In this document: positions 18,899-29,043 of the stretch, in pieces
Numbering within the stretch: the stretch's first letter is position 1
Layout of the letters: each line of letters opens with the position of its first letter
Assembly: GCA_034422595.1 (NCBI GenBank)
Contig: DAOUJO010000003.1
Coordinates: forward strand, 197,761 to 261,760
Direction: 5' to 3'
DNA: 64,000 nt
DNA from: Dehalococcoidia bacterium
GTDB lineage: Bacteria > Chloroflexota > Dehalococcoidia > Lucifugimonadales > Australimonadaceae
The notes under the pieces: model-generated
Databases searched by the model: none
The model's input: only the letters and a program-made list of their open reading frames with translations
What the model was told of the DNA's origin: nothing
Position numbers and translations under genes: made by a program

Positions 18899-19641
18899 GG
18901 CTTCTCCGGTATCTCGTCATCCTCGGCTGCTGGCGCCGGAGCACCCAGGTGGTTCCTGAAGAACGCGAACGTCCGCTCCAGCGAGTCCTCAGCGGCCTTC
19001 GCGCGCCGCTCCGAGGAGTCCTGGTTCGGGTTCAGGAACGAGTGCCCGACACCCTCGTACATGAACAGCTCGTACTGCTTCTCGTACCGGTCGAGCGCTT
19101 CCCGGAACGCCTCGATCTCCGAGATGGGCGTCGTGTGGTCGTGCGTACCGTAGTGGCACATCATCGGCACGCTGATGTGCTCGAGTTCCTCGGAGTCAGG
19201 GAAGAGGCTGTGGTAGTAGACGACGCCCGCGCCGAACGTGTTCGTGCGCGCCAGCGACAGCAGCACGAGTCCGCCGCCGAGGCAGAAGCCTACGATGCCC
19301 ACAGGCGCGTCGTCCGCCGTCCACGGCAACGAGCGCAGGAAGTCCGCTCCGGCGCTCAGGTTCTCCACCGTGCGCTGTACGTCCAGTGAGTTCTTGTAGC
19401 GCAGCTGCGTGGCGCGGCCCTCCGGCAATGCGCCGTCGAACAGGTCCGGAGAGAGGGCGACGAACCCCGCGCGGGCGAACGTGCGGGTAATCTCGCGCTG
19501 GAACCAGTTGAGCCCGCCCATGCCGGAGATGACGACGAGCCCGGGGTACGGTCCACTGTCCGCCGGCCGGCCGACGTATCCGTCTACGAAGCCGTTGGGG
19601 CCGTCGTATCCCGCGTGCAGTGAGACGATGCGATGCGCCAT
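18895..19641 (-). CDS. dienelactone hydrolase family protein
   Basis: MAHRIVSLHAGYDGPNGFVDGYVGRP...GLVVISGMGGLNWFQREITRTFARAGFVALSPDLF...GFCLGGG nucleophile motif. ATG at 19641 is preceded by AGGAGG. Confidence 0.8.
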   Translation of the reverse strand: MAHRIVSLHAGYDGPNGFVDGYVGRPADSGPYPGLVVISGMGGLNWFQREITRTFARAGFVALSPDLFDGALPEGRATQLRYKNSLDVQRTVENLSAGADFLRSLPWTADDAPVGIVGFCLGGGLVLLSLARTNTFGAGVVYYHSLFPDSEELEHISVPMMCHYGTHDHTTPISEIEAFREALDRYEKQYELFMYEGVGHSFLNPNQDSSERRAKAAEDSLERTFAFFRNHLGAPAPAAEDDEIPEKP

Positions 19642-19715
19642 GCCACACCTCCTGCCGCCGTGCATCATAGGGCGGGGCATCTACGGCGACAACCGCCGCG
19701 AGCCGCGATGCACGT

Positions 19716-21755
19716 TCAGCGCACGCTTGCCGACGGCGCCGGCATCGCCTTGCTGAGCACCAGTGGAGCGAGCGTGATGTCCTCGCTCAGCGGGTCCCGG
19801 CTCTTCGCGGCTTCGACGTAGCGCTCTGCGTCCTCTTCGAGCAGGAATCGTGCCGCCTGCAACTGCCGCGCGGCCTCGGTCATCTGCCGCACGTACTCCT
19901 CGTGCGAAGCGTACCGCTCCTCGATGGAGCGCCGTGGGTCGCCGTCCGCTTCCCGCTCCGCGCGCGTTCGGGCGAAGGGCACGAAACTGCCTGCCAGCGA
20001 GGCGAGGTCGCCCCCGGCGAAGCCCGCTCTGCGCAAGTTCCATCCCGTGTGCGTGCCGACGGGGACCATGACTTCCGGCGAACGCAGGCCGCCGAGGTCG
20101 TTGCCGTCCTCGTCCACCTGCGGCATCTGCACGGTGTACTCCTTTCCCGGCACGGGCTGCGGCGGATGTTCGGTGACCAGCCCCTGATCGAACCCGGGCC
20201 CGTAGTCGTAGAGGGGCAGGCGGCTGGGGCTTGCCGGCGTGGGGAAGCCGGGCACCTTCGGGAACGCTGCAAGCGCTTCTTCTGGACTGACCAGCGTGCC
20301 GTCTGTTCGCCGCGGGACGATGCTGGGCGGCGGCGGTGTGCCTTCGGTCACCCAGCGGTGCATCATCGTGAGGACAGCGCGCATCAACGGGCCGTTGTTC
20401 ATCACGTTGGACCGCTGCTGGCAGATGTCATCCGGCGACGGCATCACGCTCGTATGCTGTGCGCTCGCGAGAAAATAGACGCGCACCGTCTCCGGGATTT
20501 CGATGTCGTCGCCTGTCCTCGGGTCCGTGTGCCCGAGCGATGCGTGGCGGTTCCAGTACTCGGTGTTCGTGTGCGTGTGCACGACCAGCGGGTCGGCCCC
20601 GGGCCGTTTCATGACGCAGTCCAGCGCGTCCGAGAAGGCGTCCGGCGCGACGGAGTAGGCGAACGGGTAACGCTCTGACGGCCACTGATGCTCCTCGTGC
20701 TGGCGTGGGTAACGCCCGACCTGTGCGAACCGGGCGTTCGTGAACAGGCGGCCCGCGCCTGAGACGTGCGGGTAGGCGGCGGCGAAGACCTTCCGCCCCT
20801 GCGGGTCCATGTTGTAGCCGTCGTAGATGAACTGGCGGATCACGCGTGCGCTCAGCGACGCTCCATACATGTAGGCGCGCTCGTGCCCCGCCAGGGGGTT
20901 CGGCGCGCCGTCGGCGTCGACGGCGTCGTGCAGCAGCATCGACACGAGGTCACGGATGCTCACGATGCCGAGCCCCATCACGCGGGAGCCGGCCGTCTCG
21001 TAGGCCAGTTCGTAGATCCAGCCGGGCTTGAATCCACCCTTCATGTAGCACGCCGTCGGGGACGGGCGCACCTGTTCCGTGCCGTCGACCAGTTCCGCCT
21101 CCGCGAAGCCCCAGTCGTCCGGCGGGACGGGCACGCGCGGGTCGCGCTCATGCTCGCGCAGGGTCATCGTGGCATGGGACGTATCGAGGTCGAGCGCGGG
21201 ATAGGACCGGATGCTCGGCGCGCCGCTCAGCGGCATCCAGAGCACACCTTCCTGCTCGGCGATGAACTCCTGGCGCACCTTGCCTTGCACAGGTCCGCCG
21301 TTCTCCAACGCCTCCGGCAGATCGATAGTGAGGAGGCCGTCGCCCGCCACGAGGTCGCCCTGCCAGCCGGACCAGACGACGGTGTAGCCCTGCCGCATCA
21401 GGAACCCGTTGCCGGCAGCAGCGAGCGTGAGCGGGTCATTGTCCGGCGGAGCGTCGTTGAATACCCGCACGACGGTCTTGTTCCCCCTGTTGTTCACGCC
21501 GTACAGCAGGCATCCGTTGCCCCGTGCGAGGTCGACGGGTTTCAGGATGTCGAGGTCCCCCCTGAACTCGACCATGCCGTTCGCATTGCGCGGCGCCAGC
21601 GGCAGGTCGACCACGTTCGCATTGGCGGGGTCGTTTGGGTCCAGTTCGAAGAACGCCGACCCGGTCAGGCGTTCATAGGGCCCCGTATCCCCGAAGGGAG
21701 CCCCCTCGGCGAAACTGACCTGCCGCTCGATGCTCAGCCGCACCCTGGTGTTCAT
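19716..21755 (-). CDS. large alpha/beta-hydrolase-domain protein of unknown specificity
   Basis: 679 aa, MNTRVRLSIERQVSFAEGAPFGDTGPYERLTGSAFFELDPNDPANANVVDL... resembles an uncharacterised alpha/beta hydrolase domain family from memory. ATG at 21755 after GGAGGAAG. Confidence 0.55.
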   Translation of the reverse strand: MNTRVRLSIERQVSFAEGAPFGDTGPYERLTGSAFFELDPNDPANANVVDLPLAPRNANGMVEFRGDLDILKPVDLARGNGCLLYGVNNRGNKTVVRVFNDAPPDNDPLTLAAAGNGFLMRQGYTVVWSGWQGDLVAGDGLLTIDLPEALENGGPVQGKVRQEFIAEQEGVLWMPLSGAPSIRSYPALDLDTSHATMTLREHERDPRVPVPPDDWGFAEAELVDGTEQVRPSPTACYMKGGFKPGWIYELAYETAGSRVMGLGIVSIRDLVSMLLHDAVDADGAPNPLAGHERAYMYGASLSARVIRQFIYDGYNMDPQGRKVFAAAYPHVSGAGRLFTNARFAQVGRYPRQHEEHQWPSERYPFAYSVAPDAFSDALDCVMKRPGADPLVVHTHTNTEYWNRHASLGHTDPRTGDDIEIPETVRVYFLASAQHTSVMPSPDDICQQRSNVMNNGPLMRAVLTMMHRWVTEGTPPPPSIVPRRTDGTLVSPEEALAAFPKVPGFPTPASPSRLPLYDYGPGFDQGLVTEHPPQPVPGKEYTVQMPQVDEDGNDLGGLRSPEVMVPVGTHTGWNLRRAGFAGGDLASLAGSFVPFARTRAEREADGDPRRSIEERYASHEEYVRQMTEAARQLQAARFLLEEDAERYVEAAKSRDPLSEDITLAPLVLSKAMPAPSASVR

Positions 21756-21822
21756 ACTCTTCCTCCGCTTGGGATAGCGCCAGACAGAGATTAGACGAGT
21801 CCCGGGCGTTCGTCGACGGCGG

Positions 21823-23133
21823 ATGAACGGAGAGGTCGACTGCGAGCGTACAATCCCGACCATGCGGCAGAACGACGATGGGAGTCTGAGTGAAGCGCCT
21901 GCCCGCCGCGGGCTTCATCCGCAACTCCGCCTGATCCTGGGGCTCCACGTTCCGGCGATCGCGCTGGGACTGGGGAACGGCATCGGGCTGCCCGTGCTGC
22001 CGGAGCTGACCAAGCTATACGGGGTCAGCATCGTCGAGGCGTCGTGGGTATTCGTCGTCTTCCTCCTTGGCACGCTGGTTGCGTCGCTTCCGACCGGGAT
22101 GCTCATCGACCGGATCGGCCGCCGCTGGATCCTGCTCGCCGGTCCGGTGGTTGTTGCGATTTCTTCCCTGCTCATCGCAAAGGCTGCGGTTTCAGGCTCG
22201 TTCACCGAGTTGCTCGTGTACCGGTTCATCGCCGGGGTCGGCACGCAGATGTGGATGCAGAGCCGCATCACGGTCATCGCCGATACCGGAGCGGTGCAGC
22301 AGCGCGGCAAGCAGGTCACACAGATGTTCGGCGTGCAGTCGATCGGAGCGCTTGGCGGCCCGCTCATCGGAGGGTTCGCGGCGGTGACGTGGGGGTTGTG
22401 GTCGCCCTTCCTCATACACGCAGGTCTGACGTTCCTCTCCATCATCCCCACCTACTTCGTCGTCAAGGAGTCGGCTCCCGCGGCGCGGCGTGCGGCCGAA
22501 GCCATTGTAGAGGGGTCGCGCTGGGCGTTGCTGCTCAGGAAACCGATCCCAACCGTCTTCTCGATCCAGTTCCTTACGAACGTCACCCGAGGAGCCGTCT
22601 TCGAGGGCGGCGTGATCCTTCTATACCCGTCCTACGTCTACGCACTGGACCCTGCCGAACTGGGTGTGCTGCGCAGCGTGATGGCGGTAGGGACGGTCCC
22701 CATCATGTTCTCCACCGGATTCGTGATGGATCGGTTCGGCAGGAAGTACATCGTCGTGCCGGGGCTGTTGCTGACGAGTCTCTCGATGGCCTCTGTGTCG
22801 GTAACTGCATTCGCCGGCCTCAGCCTGTCCTGGTTCATTGCGAGTTTCGTATTCGTGCACCTGTCGATGGGGGTCATCTCCGGCAACATGCAGACGCTGG
22901 GGACGGACGTGGCACCGCCGCAGGCGCGGGGACTCTTCTTCGGCGTCTCGCGACTGGTTGCGCAGGGCGGCTCGACAGCCAGCCCAACCAGCTTCGGCCT
23001 GCTGTCCGGCACGCTGGGGTTCGGCGCTGCGTTCGTGCTGCTGGCGTCGACGGCATTTGCCGCCGCGATGGTCGTGGCGTTCTTCCTGGAGGAGACGCTC
23101 AGGAAACCGGATAAGGCGGCGGTCGACGGCTGA
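21823..23133 (+). CDS. MFS transporter
   Basis: 436 aa, multi-TM, with an MFS-like loop LIDRIGRRW. An alternative ATG is at 21862. Confidence 0.8.
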   Translation: MNGEVDCERTIPTMRQNDDGSLSEAPARRGLHPQLRLILGLHVPAIALGLGNGIGLPVLPELTKLYGVSIVEASWVFVVFLLGTLVASLPTGMLIDRIGRRWILLAGPVVVAISSLLIAKAAVSGSFTELLVYRFIAGVGTQMWMQSRITVIADTGAVQQRGKQVTQMFGVQSIGALGGPLIGGFAAVTWGLWSPFLIHAGLTFLSIIPTYFVVKESAPAARRAAEAIVEGSRWALLLRKPIPTVFSIQFLTNVTRGAVFEGGVILLYPSYVYALDPAELGVLRSVMAVGTVPIMFSTGFVMDRFGRKYIVVPGLLLTSLSMASVSVTAFAGLSLSWFIASFVFVHLSMGVISGNMQTLGTDVAPPQARGLFFGVSRLVAQGGSTASPTSFGLLSGTLGFGAAFVLLASTAFAAAMVVAFFLEETLRKPDKAAVDG

Positions 23134-23139
23134 TAACGC

Positions 23140-24786
23140 CTAGCGACCGTAGGCGCTGCTGCGCAGCAGGCGTCCGGGGAGGGCCCCGGTGTGCTCACCG
23201 GCTTCTATCAGCACCTCGCCGTTGACGATGGTGCAGGCGACGCCTTCACTGGGGCGGCGCATCCGCACTGCGTCTCCAGGGTAGTCCGCGACCTCTTCCA
23301 GTTCCCCGGCGCCGATGGTGTCCGGGTCAAACACCGTCAGGTCTCCTGCCAGACCCGGCCTGATGAGGCCGCGGTCGTGCAGGCCGAACGCACTTGCTCC
23401 CATGAAGGTGAGTTTCCGCACGGCCTCCTCTAGGGAGAGCGCCTGCTGCCCCCGCACCCAGAACGACAGTAGGAAGGTCGAGAAGTGGCTGTCGCAACGG
23501 CGGGTGACGTGCGCGCCACCGTCAGAGAGTCCGGGCAGCACGAATGGGTCCGCGAGCACCTCCGCCATCGCCGACGTGCTCACGTCGGAGCGGAAGTAGA
23601 AGAGCGTCTTGAGGTCCTCCTCGAGCGCAAGGTCGAGGAACGTGTCCAGCGGGTCCTTGCCGAGCTCCTGCGCGATGTCCGCCACGCTCCGCTCCACGTA
23701 AGGACGGTGCTCGTCCAGAGCGACCCTGGCCACGTGCAGCAGGTCCCAGCGCACCTGGGGGGAGCCGGGGTTCCGCTTGTCCGGCGCATCGGCGTCGGCC
23801 CTGAGTCCGGCGCGCACCGCGGGGTCGTGGAAGGCTGCGCGCTTCTCCTCGGGAGAACTGCTCATCACGGGCAGCCAGTGCGGAAAGCCGTCGAAACTTC
23901 CCACGGTGAGCAGCGTCCAGCGTGCCGTGTTCTCCATGAAGGGCGATACCATCGCGTACATCCGCGCGTCGTTCCGGGTGGTCCCTGCGCGTCCTGCAAG
24001 GCTGGAGATCACCGGGCGTCCCGTTGCCCGGGCAGTCCGTGAGAGCAAGCCCTCCGACAGTTCGATGCGCTCCGAGTCCCCGAATTGGATGGAACCGGCC
24101 CCCACCTCCGCGAGCGCTCCGGCCACGGCGAGGAACTCGTCAGGTGGTGCGGCGTTCGCGGGCAGCAGACGGTTCTCGAGGTCCATGTGGCGCAGGTTGC
24201 GCTCCGAGGATAGACCGAGCGCTCCCGCGCGGATGCCTTCGCGGACGATCTCCTTCATCTGCTCGATCTGTTCGGGAGTCGCGACGGCCGAGTAGGCCGC
24301 CTCGCCCATCACGTGCCGCCGCACCGCCGAGAAGCCGATGAGCGAACCGACGTTCACGCCGAGCTCGCGGTCGATGGTCTCCAGGTACTGCGGCACCGAC
24401 TCCCACGACCACTCGACCCCGGCCTGCAGCGACTCGACCGGTATCGCCTCGACACGCGAGAGCATCGAGACGAGGTCGGCGCGCTCCTCCGGCCTCGCCG
24501 GAGCGAGCCCCAGCGAGCAGTTGCCGTTGATGACGGTCGTTGCGCCGTGGTAGCAGGCGAACGTGCAGAGCGGGTCCCAGAGCAACTGCGCGTCGTAGTG
24601 GCAGTGGTTGTCGATGAAGCCGGGGGCGATGACCTGCCCCTGCACGTCGATAACCCGCTTCGCGGACGAGCCGAGCCTGCCGGTCTCCGCGATGCGTCCG
24701 TCTACGACAGCCACGTCTCCCTCATAGGATGGCCCGCCGGAACCGTCGACCACTCGGCCGTTCTTGAGCAGCAGGTCGTAACTCAT
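23140..24786 (-). CDS. N-acyl-D-amino-acid deacylase (D-aminoacylase) family amidohydrolase
   Basis: MSYDLLLKNGRVVDGSGGPSYEGDVAVVDGRIAETG...VIAPGFIDNHCHYD is the metal-binding HxH of the amidohydrolase superfamily. Confidence 0.8.
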   Translation of the reverse strand: MSYDLLLKNGRVVDGSGGPSYEGDVAVVDGRIAETGRLGSSAKRVIDVQGQVIAPGFIDNHCHYDAQLLWDPLCTFACYHGATTVINGNCSLGLAPARPEERADLVSMLSRVEAIPVESLQAGVEWSWESVPQYLETIDRELGVNVGSLIGFSAVRRHVMGEAAYSAVATPEQIEQMKEIVREGIRAGALGLSSERNLRHMDLENRLLPANAAPPDEFLAVAGALAEVGAGSIQFGDSERIELSEGLLSRTARATGRPVISSLAGRAGTTRNDARMYAMVSPFMENTARWTLLTVGSFDGFPHWLPVMSSSPEEKRAAFHDPAVRAGLRADADAPDKRNPGSPQVRWDLLHVARVALDEHRPYVERSVADIAQELGKDPLDTFLDLALEEDLKTLFYFRSDVSTSAMAEVLADPFVLPGLSDGGAHVTRRCDSHFSTFLLSFWVRGQQALSLEEAVRKLTFMGASAFGLHDRGLIRPGLAGDLTVFDPDTIGAGELEEVADYPGDAVRMRRPSEGVACTIVNGEVLIEAGEHTGALPGRLLRSSAYGR

Positions 24787-24798
24787 CGTCGTCCTCCC

Positions 24799-25851
24799 TC
24801 AGAGAGCTTCCGGTACCGGTATGTCGTACAGGCGGCAGACGTTGGTGCTGAGCACCTTCGTGCGGGTCTCCGCGTCGAGGTGTCCGAGGTGCTCGGCAAT
24901 CACCTTGCGCGAGTTCGGCCAGGTGGAGTTCGCGTGCGGGTAGTCGTTGGACCACATGCAGGCGTCTGCGCCCCAGCTCGACAGGTAGCGTGTGCCGATG
25001 GCGTCGTTGAAGAACGTCGCGTATATCTGGTCGGCGAGGTATTCGCTCGGCGTCTTGTCCGGCGCAGGGCCCGGCTCGTGGTGACGGTGCCTGTCCAGGT
25101 AGTAGCCCCACTGCTGGAGGGCGAACGGGATCCAGCCTATCTCGTTCTCCACGAGCACGATCTTGAGGTTGGGGAACCGGTCCAGCGCCTGGTAGAAGAT
25201 GATGTCGAAGAGGCTGTTCATCACTTCGGCGATCTTGAGGTTCACGCTGGCGCGGTAGTGCTCGGTGCCGCCGCGCCGTCGCTGCATGTAGCCGTGTCCC
25301 GTGAGGATGTGGAGGCTCACGGGCATCTGCAGGTCCTGCGCTGCGGCCCAGAATGGGTCGTACCGGTCCGACGAGAACGGCAGGTCCTCGGGCGGGTTCT
25401 GCCAGATCATGGCCCCGCGCAGCCCCGCGTTCCGGCAGCGCTCCAGCTCGGCAACCGCGTGGTCGACGTCATACAGCGAGATGAGCCCGATGCCGAAAAG
25501 ACGCTCGGGGCTGACTGCACAGTACTCGATCAGCCAGTCATTGAAGGCGCGGACGCACGCCTCCTGCAGCGGCACGTCCTCGATTCGGAAGAGCGTCATG
25601 CCGCGCGTCGCGTAGAGCACCTCCAGGCTGACGCCGTCGACGGCCATCTCCTTCAACCGCTCGTTCGGGTCCCAGCCGCCGGGCTTGGCCTGGTCGGAGA
25701 CCGTGTCGGGGAAGGTAGGCGCCTGGTCGCGCAGCCCCTTGGGCAGGCGCGTCGCCCACAGATCGCCCGGCTCCATGACGTGGGAGTCGGAGGAGATCAG
25801 CAGTTCGTCAACAGCCCCTTCCGTACCTGCGCTCGCGATCGTCGTGGTCAT
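24799..25851 (-). CDS. amidohydrolase_2 family protein (ACMSD / LigW-like hydrolase or decarboxylase)
   Basis: ...ELLISSDSHVMEPGDLW...WSNDYPH... is the family pattern. ATG at 25851 after GGAGGAA. Confidence 0.75.
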   Translation of the reverse strand: MTTTIASAGTEGAVDELLISSDSHVMEPGDLWATRLPKGLRDQAPTFPDTVSDQAKPGGWDPNERLKEMAVDGVSLEVLYATRGMTLFRIEDVPLQEACVRAFNDWLIEYCAVSPERLFGIGLISLYDVDHAVAELERCRNAGLRGAMIWQNPPEDLPFSSDRYDPFWAAAQDLQMPVSLHILTGHGYMQRRRGGTEHYRASVNLKIAEVMNSLFDIIFYQALDRFPNLKIVLVENEIGWIPFALQQWGYYLDRHRHHEPGPAPDKTPSEYLADQIYATFFNDAIGTRYLSSWGADACMWSNDYPHANSTWPNSRKVIAEHLGHLDAETRTKVLSTNVCRLYDIPVPEAL

Positions 25852-25990
25852 GGCCGTTCCTCCCCTCGCGCTCGACTGCCTGTCGCGCCTCTTGCCGCAC
25901 TTAACCACCGCACCAACCGCCTGTCAACGAATGGCAGGCCTACCTTCTCTGCCGCCACGGATCGGGGTCGCCGCCCTCGGCACGCTCTTC

Positions 25991-26536
25991 CTAGAAGAAG
26001 GTGTTGATCACCTTCGGGAGGAGCACGTTCTGGTCCAGGATGATGTCGCGTTTGGCGATCTTGAACGCGGTGTCGGGGTCGTGCCGGAGGGTGTCGTACC
26101 GCCTGCCGACGAACAGGTTCACCTCGTCCTGGAGGCGGTTCTGGTAACAGAAGAACTTGCTGCTTACCCTCGCCTCATCGCCGTTCACTTCGAGCAGCAG
26201 GATGTTGGAGATGATGTGCTCGAACCTGGACACCGGCTCTTCCGCCCAGTGCACACCCGAGTTGATTTGCCGGACACGACCGATCAGGATGTCCTTGCCC
26301 TCGTCGAAGTAGGAGATCTCCGATTCGGGGTCGCTGTACTCGAGGTCCCAGTCGCCGAACTTGATGTTCCTGCGGATCGGCATCCAGTAGTGGATGTCCT
26401 CCGCGAGCAGGTCCAGCCACTCGGTGAGCCTCCGCTCGTCGAGCAGCAGCGCCTCCCAGTAGAGGAACTGCTCGATGTCTTTCAGCAGGACAACCCGGTC
26501 GACCGCTTCCAGGCTCGCATCCGCGCGTTCCGTCAT
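25991..26536 (-). CDS. aromatic ring-hydroxylating dioxygenase, beta (small) subunit
   Basis: 181 aa, ...IEQFLYWEALLLDERRLTEWLDLLAEDIHYWMP... is a typical NTF2-like beta subunit. Confidence 0.85.
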   Translation of the reverse strand: MTERADASLEAVDRVVLLKDIEQFLYWEALLLDERRLTEWLDLLAEDIHYWMPIRRNIKFGDWDLEYSDPESEISYFDEGKDILIGRVRQINSGVHWAEEPVSRFEHIISNILLLEVNGDEARVSSKFFCYQNRLQDEVNLFVGRRYDTLRHDPDTAFKIAKRDIILDQNVLLPKVINTFF

Positions 26537-26584
26537 CCCACGCCCCCCTTCGTGTTGCCTGCCTCGACCCGCCGGACTGTGCGT

Positions 26585-27985
26585 CTACCAGATGCGGTGC
26601 GACTTAGCCCTGTTCACCGGGTAGAGGTCGTCCCAGCTCGATGCCTCCATGAAGGCGAGCCACCTGCTGAAGCGTGCGCGGTGCGCCTCCTCGGTATGCG
26701 AACCGTTGAACACGATGCCCGGGTGCTGGTCGCTCTCGATCCCGCGCCCCAGACCGTTCGCGAAGAAGTAGTTGCGCTTGCGAGCCCTGGCCCCCTGGCT
26801 TGCGGAGTAGACGTAGTTCCAGTTCTCCATGTCGTCGGACTCGGTTGCGCCGGTCGGACCGTTGTACCGCATCACGTAGTGGCGTACCGCGTCCTTCACG
26901 TGCTTGGGCGCTTCCCTGTCGACTCCGAACAGGCTCCACCGCTCGACGACTCCGACGGTGTGGGGGTGCCACCAGCGCCACCGCCAGCTGTCCATGATGA
27001 AGTTGGGGAACACGCAGAAGTGTCCTCCCTCGTGGCCGTGTGGCGGCAGTATCTGGTCGGCGTACTTCATCGCCTTGCGGTCCCGGGCCTCGCGGAAGTA
27101 CTCGTCGACGCCGGATTCGAACCAGGTATCCACGTACTCCGGCACGCCGGGCTGTTGGTACACGGTCCAGTTGCCGCCGTGGCCGAGGTTGTGGTCGCCC
27201 ACAGCGTACCGGTCGGCAGGGAAGGGAGCGCGCCGCCTGTGCCGCTCGCCCCCGGACATCGTGCCGCGGTCGGGGCCTATGGAGGCTGCGTTCACGGAGC
27301 GGTGGGTCATCGCGGCGTGCGTCAGGTCGGTAGAGGATGAGAACGCGGGCACCTTCCAGTTCGTTGGGAGACGCCACTTCTGGAACGGCGTGAAGACCTC
27401 GATACCTGCCTCCGCTCCGTCGCTCGCCTCGCAGTCGTACCGGATGCCCTCTGCGAAGGGACCGACGTAGTCCTCGAACGAGGGGGCCTTCGGGTCCCAG
27501 GTGGCCCACAGCGACCCGTAGTAGTTCTTGAACTGCGCCACCGGCGTCAGCCCCCATTGCTCCCGGTCGATCCCGCCGGCGTAAGCGTAGGGGGCGTTCT
27601 GGTAGGCTGCTCCCACCAGAGCGCCGTTACAGTCATAGGTCCAGGCGTGGAACGGGCAGGTGAACACGAGAGCGTTCCCCTGATCGTAGCGGCAGACCTT
27701 CATGCCCCGGTGAGCGCACGAGTTGAGGAAGGCGCGTATCTGGTTGTCCTTCCGCCCGCGCACCACCAGCACCTCTTCCGTGCCCATCCGCGTCACGATG
27801 AAGTCGCCCGGGTTCGGCACCTGGCTCTCGTGGCCCAGGAACAGCCAGCACCGGCCGAAGATCTGCTCCTGCTCCTGCTCGAAGATGTCCTCGTTGACGT
27901 ACAGCTCCCGGCTCACCGTGCCGCCTTCGGTGTCGATGAGCGATCGGAGAGACCGGTCCCCACGTGCCGTGATGAGATTCGCCAT
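26585..27985 (-). CDS. aromatic ring-hydroxylating dioxygenase, alpha subunit (Rieske 2Fe-2S plus mononuclear Fe)
   Basis: Rieske motif CAHRGMKVC...CPFHAWTY, followed by a catalytic domain. Confidence 0.9.
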   Translation of the reverse strand: MANLITARGDRSLRSLIDTEGGTVSRELYVNEDIFEQEQEQIFGRCWLFLGHESQVPNPGDFIVTRMGTEEVLVVRGRKDNQIRAFLNSCAHRGMKVCRYDQGNALVFTCPFHAWTYDCNGALVGAAYQNAPYAYAGGIDREQWGLTPVAQFKNYYGSLWATWDPKAPSFEDYVGPFAEGIRYDCEASDGAEAGIEVFTPFQKWRLPTNWKVPAFSSSTDLTHAAMTHRSVNAASIGPDRGTMSGGERHRRRAPFPADRYAVGDHNLGHGGNWTVYQQPGVPEYVDTWFESGVDEYFREARDRKAMKYADQILPPHGHEGGHFCVFPNFIMDSWRWRWWHPHTVGVVERWSLFGVDREAPKHVKDAVRHYVMRYNGPTGATESDDMENWNYVYSASQGARARKRNYFFANGLGRGIESDQHPGIVFNGSHTEEAHRARFSRWLAFMEASSWDDLYPVNRAKSHRIW

Positions 27986-28068
27986 GACGATTCTTCCTCC
28001 CTACTTGGGGCACTTAACCACCAGGCCTACCGGCTGTCAAATGAGCGGCCGGATGGCCGGTCCAGCGG

Positions 28069-28971
28069 TCACTCCCACTCAGCGAAGGCCATCGCGCAGC
28101 CGACGCCGGCGAGGTTCCGGTAGCAGGGCTGGTAGTCGATGACCCGTCCCGCGCTGTCGCTCGTGGCGGCGGCGATGATCCAGTTCCTGATCTCGGAGGT
28201 CCCGCCGACCAGCACCTCGGGGTCCATCGCCGCCATGTAGTCGAGGTCGTGCGCCTCCACCGCTGCGAGGTAGTCCCGGTCGATCTGCTCGTCGATCATC
28301 ATGTGGGAGAGCCCGCCGGACGCGACGACCACGACGCGCCGGGACTCGTCGAAAGACTCGATGGCCCTGGCGAGCGCGCGTCCGAAGTCCACGCACCGCC
28401 GGGGCGAACTGGTGGGCGGGTAGTACGTATTCACCATTACCGGAACGATCTGGTAGCGGGCGTCGCCGTTCGTGGTGTGGAGCGGGCGGCCGAACGCGTG
28501 ACCGAGTCCCTGCTCGTGCCGGGTGGCGGTCGACCATGCGGGGTCGAATCCCGAGTCGAGGAGGGACTCGATGGCCCACCTGGCGAGCGGGACGTCGACC
28601 CGATACCTCGTTATGGTGTCGGTGAACTCGTCGCCGAGGTGGTAGTGCGAGACCCGTGTGCTCGCGTCCGCCTCGTCGCCGATGTACACGAGGAACGGCG
28701 GCGTGTTGTCCGCGAGGAGGTTCTCGCGCTGGTCGTCCCCGATGAGGACGATAGTGTCCGGCGCGGTCTCGTCGATCCTCGCCCGGACGGTGTCCATCGC
28801 CTTGAGGCACGCGTCGTAGCGGCGCTGCATCATGGCCTCCGAGGTCTGCTCGCGCATACCCGGTTTCTCAGGGCCCATGTCGTCGCGACGGAGGATGTTG
28901 GGCCACAGCTCGGGAGGCACGTAGAGCTGAGGGCCATGCGACATACCGAACCTGCCTACGATGGTTGCCAT
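28069..28971 (-). CDS. class III (LigB-type) extradiol ring-cleavage dioxygenase
   Basis: 300 aa, MATIVGRFGMSHGPQL...VASGGLSHMMI... resembles LigB / protocatechuate 4,5-dioxygenase beta-like proteins. Confidence 0.75.
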   Translation of the reverse strand: MATIVGRFGMSHGPQLYVPPELWPNILRRDDMGPEKPGMREQTSEAMMQRRYDACLKAMDTVRARIDETAPDTIVLIGDDQRENLLADNTPPFLVYIGDEADASTRVSHYHLGDEFTDTITRYRVDVPLARWAIESLLDSGFDPAWSTATRHEQGLGHAFGRPLHTTNGDARYQIVPVMVNTYYPPTSSPRRCVDFGRALARAIESFDESRRVVVVASGGLSHMMIDEQIDRDYLAAVEAHDLDYMAAMDPEVLVGGTSEIRNWIIAAATSDSAGRVIDYQPCYRNLAGVGCAMAFAEWE

Positions 28972-29043
28972 TGCTCCTCCTCTCGTCCGAGCCGGATCGG
29001 CGCCATTGTAGCCCGCGCAGCCGCGCCGTTCCTCGAGCCTGCG